DNA of 64,000 nucleotides from Octopus vulgaris (lineage: Eukaryota): the NCBI GenBank assembly GCA_951406725.2, contig OX597824.1:92008001-92072000 (forward strand). Direction: 5' to 3'. Below the pieces are notes generated by a model. The model was not told the origin of the DNA. It saw only the letters and a list, made by a program, of their open reading frames with translations, and did not search any database. Positions 57,520 through 64,000 of this stretch are shown piece by piece (within the stretch, counting starts at the first letter, position 1; every line of letters begins with the position of its first letter). Both the position numbers and the translations under genes were made by a program.

Positions 57520-57895
57520 AATGGCCCAGTGGTGAGGGTAGCGGACTCGCGACCGTAGGTTCACGGTTTCGATTCCTAGTCCGGGCGTTGAGAGTATTTA
57601 TTGAGCAAAAACTTCTAAAACTCCTCGCGGCTCCGTTTGTGAGGTGTTGGCGAACTCTGATGTATTCTTTCGCCACAACTTTCTCTCACTCTTTCTCCCT
57701 GTATCTGTTGTACCTTTATTTCAAAGGGCCAGCCTTGTCACACTCTGTGTAATGTTGAATCTCCCCGAGAACAACGTTAATGATACACGTGTCTGTGGAT
57801 TGGTCAGTCACTTGCACGTCAATTTCACGAGCAAGCTCTTTCGTTTCATCGTATCAACTGAAACCCTCGTCGTCGTAACCGACGGAGTACCACGA
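57520..57895 (+). mobile_element. SINE family C full-length copy
   Basis: Aligns with 22938-23270 over head, body and tail. Confidence 0.85.
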
Positions 57896-58118
57896 TTGCA
57901 TGCAAAGTAGCCAGTTACATAATCTCTATAACACCTGCAAGGTCTTATATAGATTATATATAAGAGGGGTGACGACTAAGTGGACATCCATATGCTAGAA
58001 GTAGATCCGCTATTGTCTTACCACTAAGAAAGGATTGTTCTCAAGAAAATTTAGCAAACGCCAGAACGTAGGCGAGCAAGACAAATGAAAAGATACAAAA
58101 TATACAGATTAATCACAG

Positions 58119-58157
<39 letters not shown>

Positions 58158-58220
58158 GTGTCTGGGGAGATTCGTTCTCCTTTAGTGCCTTTTAATTTAA
58201 TGCACTCACAATGATATATA

Positions 58221-58273
<53 letters not shown>

Positions 58274-59297
58274 TGATATATACATACACACACACATATA
58301 TATGTGTGTATGTGTATGCATGTGTGCGTATGTGTGTATGAGTGTATGTATATGGAAGCATGGATGTATGGATGGTTAAATCTACCTCGGCTTCGATGAT
58401 AAATATTCTGTTTGCCGATCAATTGAAATTCCTCTTCATTGAACGATCTTCTAAGCGACCGAGCAATCCACAAACACAAATTTTCAAGCTGCTACTAAAT
58501 TACTGCGACATTGTTTGCATCTAGTCGGTAGCTGTACGTTACAGATGCAGTTACAATTCACTCGACTGTTTCCGTCTGACCTGCTATTCACGGAATGTAA
58601 AGATAATCTTGAGGTTATGGAAGTGATCCACCCATCATCCCATCCATTGAAACTCAACCCTGTACCACGTGGCTTCGAAGCGATCATTTTCTTTGAATTT
58701 TAGTGCACAAAATGGCAGGCTTTAACCTTTAACGCATCACATCTTGCATTAATTTCAAACTTTCATTTCGTGGTGTATTAATGCTTTAACACTGAATCCT
58801 TCCTGCATATTTCATTTCAGATTTAAAGGTTTCCTAATTTACATAATTGGAATCTACACCCCTAATGTTCCCTCTTATTCCACTATTACTCAATGTCTAA
58901 CCGCTGTCCCTACAAATTAGTTATAGTAATTGTATCTCTCTGAATCTTAATTTCATACATATCTACAAATAATACGCATAAATTACAAAGGTCCGTTTTA
59001 CTTCGTCACAGGAATCCATTCTTACAGACATCTACATCTTATTTCTTGTTTTATTTTACAATTATAATTTGAGTTTTGCTTTTGATTTCATCTTATTGCT
59101 TTCTTAACTGACTTAACCGCCCGTCACCAAGATCTGGAGGGACTGTCTGGTCATCACATGATCATGGAGTAATAGATGTAACATAGAGCAGAGACTTCAA
59201 CATTTGTTGCTCGATAGGACAACCATAACATCCTTGCCGTTATTATGATTTTTTACAGGGTGTTCGGAATAAATGGCGATGTTTTATGTCACAATGG

Positions 59298-59760
59298 TAG
59301 CCTACAGTTTAGATAGTTTATCTATAGTTTACAAATGTTAGCGTATAGTTTAGATATTGTAGCCTATAATTTACAAATGTTAGCCTATCGTTTAGGTATT
59401 TTAGCCTATAGTTAACAAATTTTAGCCTATAGTTTATAAATGTTAGCCTATAGTATAGATATTTTAGCCTAAAGTTTACAAATGTTAGCCTAGTGTAGAT
59501 ATTTTAGCCTATGGTTTAAAATATTGCCTAGAGTATAGATATTTTGCTCTATAAGTTGCCTATAGTTTAGATATTTTAGCCTATAGTTTACAAATGTTGC
59601 CAGTAGTTTAGATATTTTAGCCTATAGTTTACAAAAGTTAGCCTACAGTTTAGATATTTTAGCCTATATTTTACAATTTTTACTATAGGTTAGATATTTG
59701 AGCCTATAGTTTACAAATTATAGCAGAGTTTAGATATTTTAGCCTATAGTTTATAAATGT
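59298..59760. repeat. Minisatellite of alternating 21-bp units (tagcctatagtttacaaatgt / tagcctatagtttagatattt)
   Basis: About 20 diverged units are visible. Confidence 0.92.
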
Positions 59761-59914
59761 TGGATTTTCTTTACCTCTTGGATACTTACCATTGGCTGCA
59801 CCTCTCTTTCGCGGATCAAAGTGACTTTGTTATTGATGTGAAATCCTTAAAAAATATACCACGACGTCTACACATTTCTAACCTTGAACTCTCAACCTTG
59901 AACTTGTTCGCATA

Positions 59915-60117
59915 AACTGTTCGTTAGTTACTGCACGCATTTTTTTTCTCTCCTTCTTTCTGTGTTTTTTTCTCACTGTGTATCTTTCTGTTGAAGAGCG
60001 TAGGCTCGAAACGTTAAAGACTTGTTTTATTTATATTTCCTGAGCGCCATACTAATACAATTGTTTGTTTGTTTTCCACCTGCCTTCGTCTTTTGTCTAT
60101 TTTCATAAAGCTTCCCG

Positions 60118-60120
<3 letters not shown>
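59915..60120 (+). mobile_element. (TA)n-anchored element with minimal hammerhead variant (59983-60020), distant relative of 50606/51597
   Basis: tcttt CTGTTGA a gagc-gtag-gctc GAA ACGT T aaaga: stems I and II perfect, core has CUGUUGA. Shares downstream ttcctgagcg and ttttcat with the 50606 family. Confidence 0.6.
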
Positions 60121-60173
<53 letters not shown>

Positions 60174-61099
60174 ATTTATGTTTGTGTGTCCGTGTTTGCC
60201 TCCCCCAACATCACTTGACAACCGATGCTTGTGTGTTTACGTTTCCGTAACTTAGCGGTTCGGCAAAAGAGAGTGATACAGAATAAGTACTAGGCTTACA
60301 ATGAATAAGTCCTGGGATCGATTTTCTTGACTAAAGGCGTGTCTACAGCATGGCCAAAGTCAAATGACTGAGACAAGTAAAATAGTAAAATAGTAAAAAT
60401 AGTATATATAGAGGGAGAGGGAGAGAGGGAGAGAGAGAGAGGGAGTACAGAAGACAAAAGCGAAAAATACAGCTGAGGGAACAAATAAGTGGTTTATTAT
60501 TAGGACGTGCGGGAAGAATGGAAAAGTATTCGACATACGAAGTCTATGTTGTTTGGCAGCAAGGAATGCGAGGGAAAATAATTACAGAAAATTCGGAGAG
60601 AGAATAAAAATGTGTCGTGGGTCAGCATGATATGTGTTTCTCTGTGTGTGTATGTATGGTTATATAAGCATGTCTCTGCCGGCTGCTGCGTCCGCGAAGG
60701 CTATGTCGTGTTGCGTATGATACGACACTGTACTGCTGGATATAGTTGAAATCAAAGAAATATTTTTGAAGAAGAGAATAAAATATTAAATCTGTTAGCG
60801 TTTTCCTTTTCTTTTTCAAATGAAACTTGAAATGATGCGTGATATTGTAGGTTGTAATTTCGTTTCTATATTTTCTTTTTTCTTCAGTTACTTTGGCAAG
60901 GAAAATAAAAGGCAAAAAGTACAAATGTACAACAGCATAAATATGAGCAGTGTGATCAAATATGTATTATCAAATTTGTTGAAGTCTTTGAAGATCTTTC
61001 CACGCTGTTGGGCAAAGCCGTGATCTTGTAAGTCATTGCGTCATAAATGGGTAAGCTCGATATATATATATATATATATAAATATATATGTATGTATGC

Positions 61100-61157
<58 letters not shown>

Positions 61158-61175
61158 ATATGTATATATATATAC

Positions 61176-61245
<70 letters not shown>

Positions 61246-61301
61246 GGATATTCATATACATATATAGTCATATATATATGCATGTGAAATATATGTACAT
61301 G

Positions 61302-61390
<89 letters not shown>

Positions 61391-61391
61391 G

Positions 61392-61440
<49 letters not shown>

Positions 61441-61727
61441 ATATATAAATGTGTGTGCGTGTTTGCGTATTTGTGTAAAGTTACGTATAGATTTTAGATG
61501 ATTAATTTCAAATGCAAATTTTGTTTATTTTTTAAAGATTATATTATTAATATTTACGTAATTTACATTATTATTATTGTTATTGTTGTTATTATTACTA
61601 TAATTTTATCAGTATAATCATCATTTTTATTATTCATATGTGTATGCAAATATATAAATATTTGTATATATATGTATATATATATATATATATATATGTA
61701 TATGTATGGATATATATGTGTATATAA

Positions 61728-61763
<36 letters not shown>

Positions 61764-61880
61764 GTCATATACATAGTCACCCCATAAAACACCGTTTTAT
61801 ATGTATTCTAAGTTGTAAAGCTATATATTTTTTTATTAATTGACATTTCTGCTTCAGGTTCCGTACATGAATTTTTAATT

Positions 61881-62790
61881 ATGCTACGTACAAAAGAAGC
61901 CATGCAACTGTCTGAATTTGAAAGAGGACGTATCGTGGGTTATTCTGAAGGTGGACATAGCGTAACATCGCAGAAAACCTTGGGATCCCGCTTTCTAAAT
62001 TTAATAGAGCGATTGTGCAATTTATCAGAGAGGGGGAGGGGTCCGCATCACTTCACCCAAATCAACTAGGGCCCTCTGACAAGAACCTTCTCTTTGCTGA
62101 GAGAAGTGTAGAGAATTATCCTCGTTGCAAGCCTTCTGACATAGCAGAAGAATTTGATATCAGTCTCAAAATAGCCGTCAGGTATGTCCACACACTTGCT
62201 TACTATGTCAGAGCAGCAAGGAGGAAGCCACGTCTTTGACCAGCCAATATCAAGTGGAGAAAATATTGGGCCAATGAGATGGTGGAGAGACCACTAGCAT
62301 TTTGGACACAGTCATGTTCCAACCAAGAATTTGTTGTGAAAAGATTGCAATCAACAATGAAATCCGACAGCTATTCTGTGATGGTCTGGGGAGCAATTTG
62401 GAGCAATGGCTGAACAGAGCTGGTGCAGTTTTAAGGAAACAAACATCTGATAGATATGTGTCCATATTGCAGAAAGGACTCTTTCCAATCTTCCCCACTC
62501 GTGAAATGATTAGAGAAGTGTCTTTATTTATGGAAGACGGGGCTCTTTGTCACACGGCCAAAACGACACAAGATTTGTTGGATGAGAATGGCATTAAAAG
62601 ATTCTAGGGTTAATCCGGTCACTAGATATGAAATCTTTTGTACACTTCTGGGATATAATTGTCAGGACACTTCATAATAAGAAAAAGAATGCATCTTCAA
62701 AACCAGAACTTTTGAGAGTACTGAATGAAACTTGGCAAGAAATTCCGCAAGAGAATATTCGTCATCAGATCAATAACATACCCTAAAAGG
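61881..62790 (+). pseudogene. Decayed Tc1/mariner transposase
   Basis: Fragments QLSEFERGRIVG, AARRKPRL, RYVSILQKGL..LFMEDGALCHTAKTTQ..ENGIK, and a decayed SPD-x-NP..H-x-WD region at about 62615-62655. Several frameshifts and stops; TIRs not clear. Confidence 0.9.
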
Positions 62791-63088
62791 GCATGCCTAC
62801 TAAATATTAAATATTCACATCATAGCAATTAATAAATAATTTGAATGTATAATTTCAGATTAAAATAAATTTTAATGAATATATGGGCGTCTATTTATTT
62901 CAGTCATTTTCCTGTATATTGTCTTACTACGATTATGCTGAAAGAACAAAGCCTTATTTTGTACAAAATTGTATAATATCTTTAATTATCATGTCTCTAA
63001 TAATCCTGTAAAATAAATCTTGTTTTTCATCTTATCTCTTTCTCTATTCACATCCACCACGTGTGTTTCCCCACTAAAATATATTCTA

Positions 63089-63145
<57 letters not shown>

Positions 63146-64000
63146 CACAATCATTTATTGAAGATGAATGAAGGTGAAGTTCGCGAATTACTTCTCAGAG
63201 TTACATGTACTCGAGCATCGGACAATAATGAATACCAAAAAAACAGTGGGTTTTGAAAAGTGTAGAAATCGTGTCTTTTAATTGCAATCCTTTTCTTGAT
63301 TATTCTGGTATCGATCAGGTTGTAAACATGTTGATGACCTTTTTCCCAGAATTCACTAATGTGTGTGTAGATAAAGACAGTCTTTGAAGTTGTCATTTGT
63401 AGCTCCAGTCTAAATTTTATATGTAGCGCTACGATCGATCTGGATCTGAGCATTGTAAACAGCGCCTTTGAACAGGCAATTACCGTTAAGATAGCTGCTG
63501 CTAAGGTGATTGATTATGTACTTAAAACCGTCATTTTATCCACTGGATGTGTCAACTCCATTTTCGTTGTTCTAGTTAACAAACAATTCAGAGATTTTCA
63601 AACAGGTAACGCTAAACATCAGTGTTCTTGCGTTAAACATTTTACAATACCTATGTTCAATGGGAAAATGCCTAAACATCTCATTTAAAGAGTTTGTTGC
63701 CACATTAGTCCTAACTAAATGTAGAGCTGAACCACAAAATGATTTAAGTTCAGCTGTTGTGTGACCTCCTGTTACTTCAATTCAAACATACCATGTATTT
63801 CAAACTATTCTACTAGCCTGTATAAGTTTTGAGCAATGTCTCAAATAGCTTTCACATGATATACTTTTACGTAAAATTAAAGGGTGATAAAATAGTGATA
63901 TAAACATCAACAGTTTTCTCAGAAAACGGGCACAAGTTTTTTCTGGCAAGCATGTATAAGTCACTGAACTTCTCTCCCTTTTTCTCTGTCTCTCTTTCAA

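Noticed and set aside
58342-58703. Short non-repetitive ORFs as host exons (also 17279-17569, 36939-37222, 63151-63453)
   Set aside because: No recognisable domain or consistent splice frame by eye; small exons cannot be excluded without RNA-seq or BLASTx.
59298-59760. CRISPR-like array
   Set aside because: Contiguous tandem units without unique spacers, eukaryotic context and no cas genes.

Overview
AT-rich eukaryotic non-coding DNA, most likely intronic or intergenic sequence from an octopus or related coleoid cephalopod. That assignment is from my recollection of the SINE families and the microsatellite load, not from a search. I find no convincing host protein-coding gene: almost all listed ORFs are translations of (TA)n, (CA)n, (CTAT)n, (AAT)n, (GAT)n or (GAA)n tracts. 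Recognisable content is mobile DNA: at least three tRNA-headed SINE families, RTE, Tx1/L1-like and CR1/L2-like LINE 3' fragments, two decayed Penelope-like (PLE) reverse transcriptases, a non-autonomous Helitron, a decayed Tc1/mariner transposase and several MITE/foldback elements. The most interesting signal is nine type-I hammerhead-ribozyme-like motifs (CUGANGA...GAAA + palindromic stem III + NUH), some degenerate. Most sit in short (about 190-480 bp) units embedded in (TA)n, arranged as partial tandems or inverted repeats. The best (22048-22149) has an intact core and a long stem II, and its predicted cleavage site is 6 nt from the repeat-unit boundary. Another lies in the tail of a tRNA-headed SINE. 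This suggests a retrozyme / non-autonomous Penelope system. All folds were done by eye and are untested.
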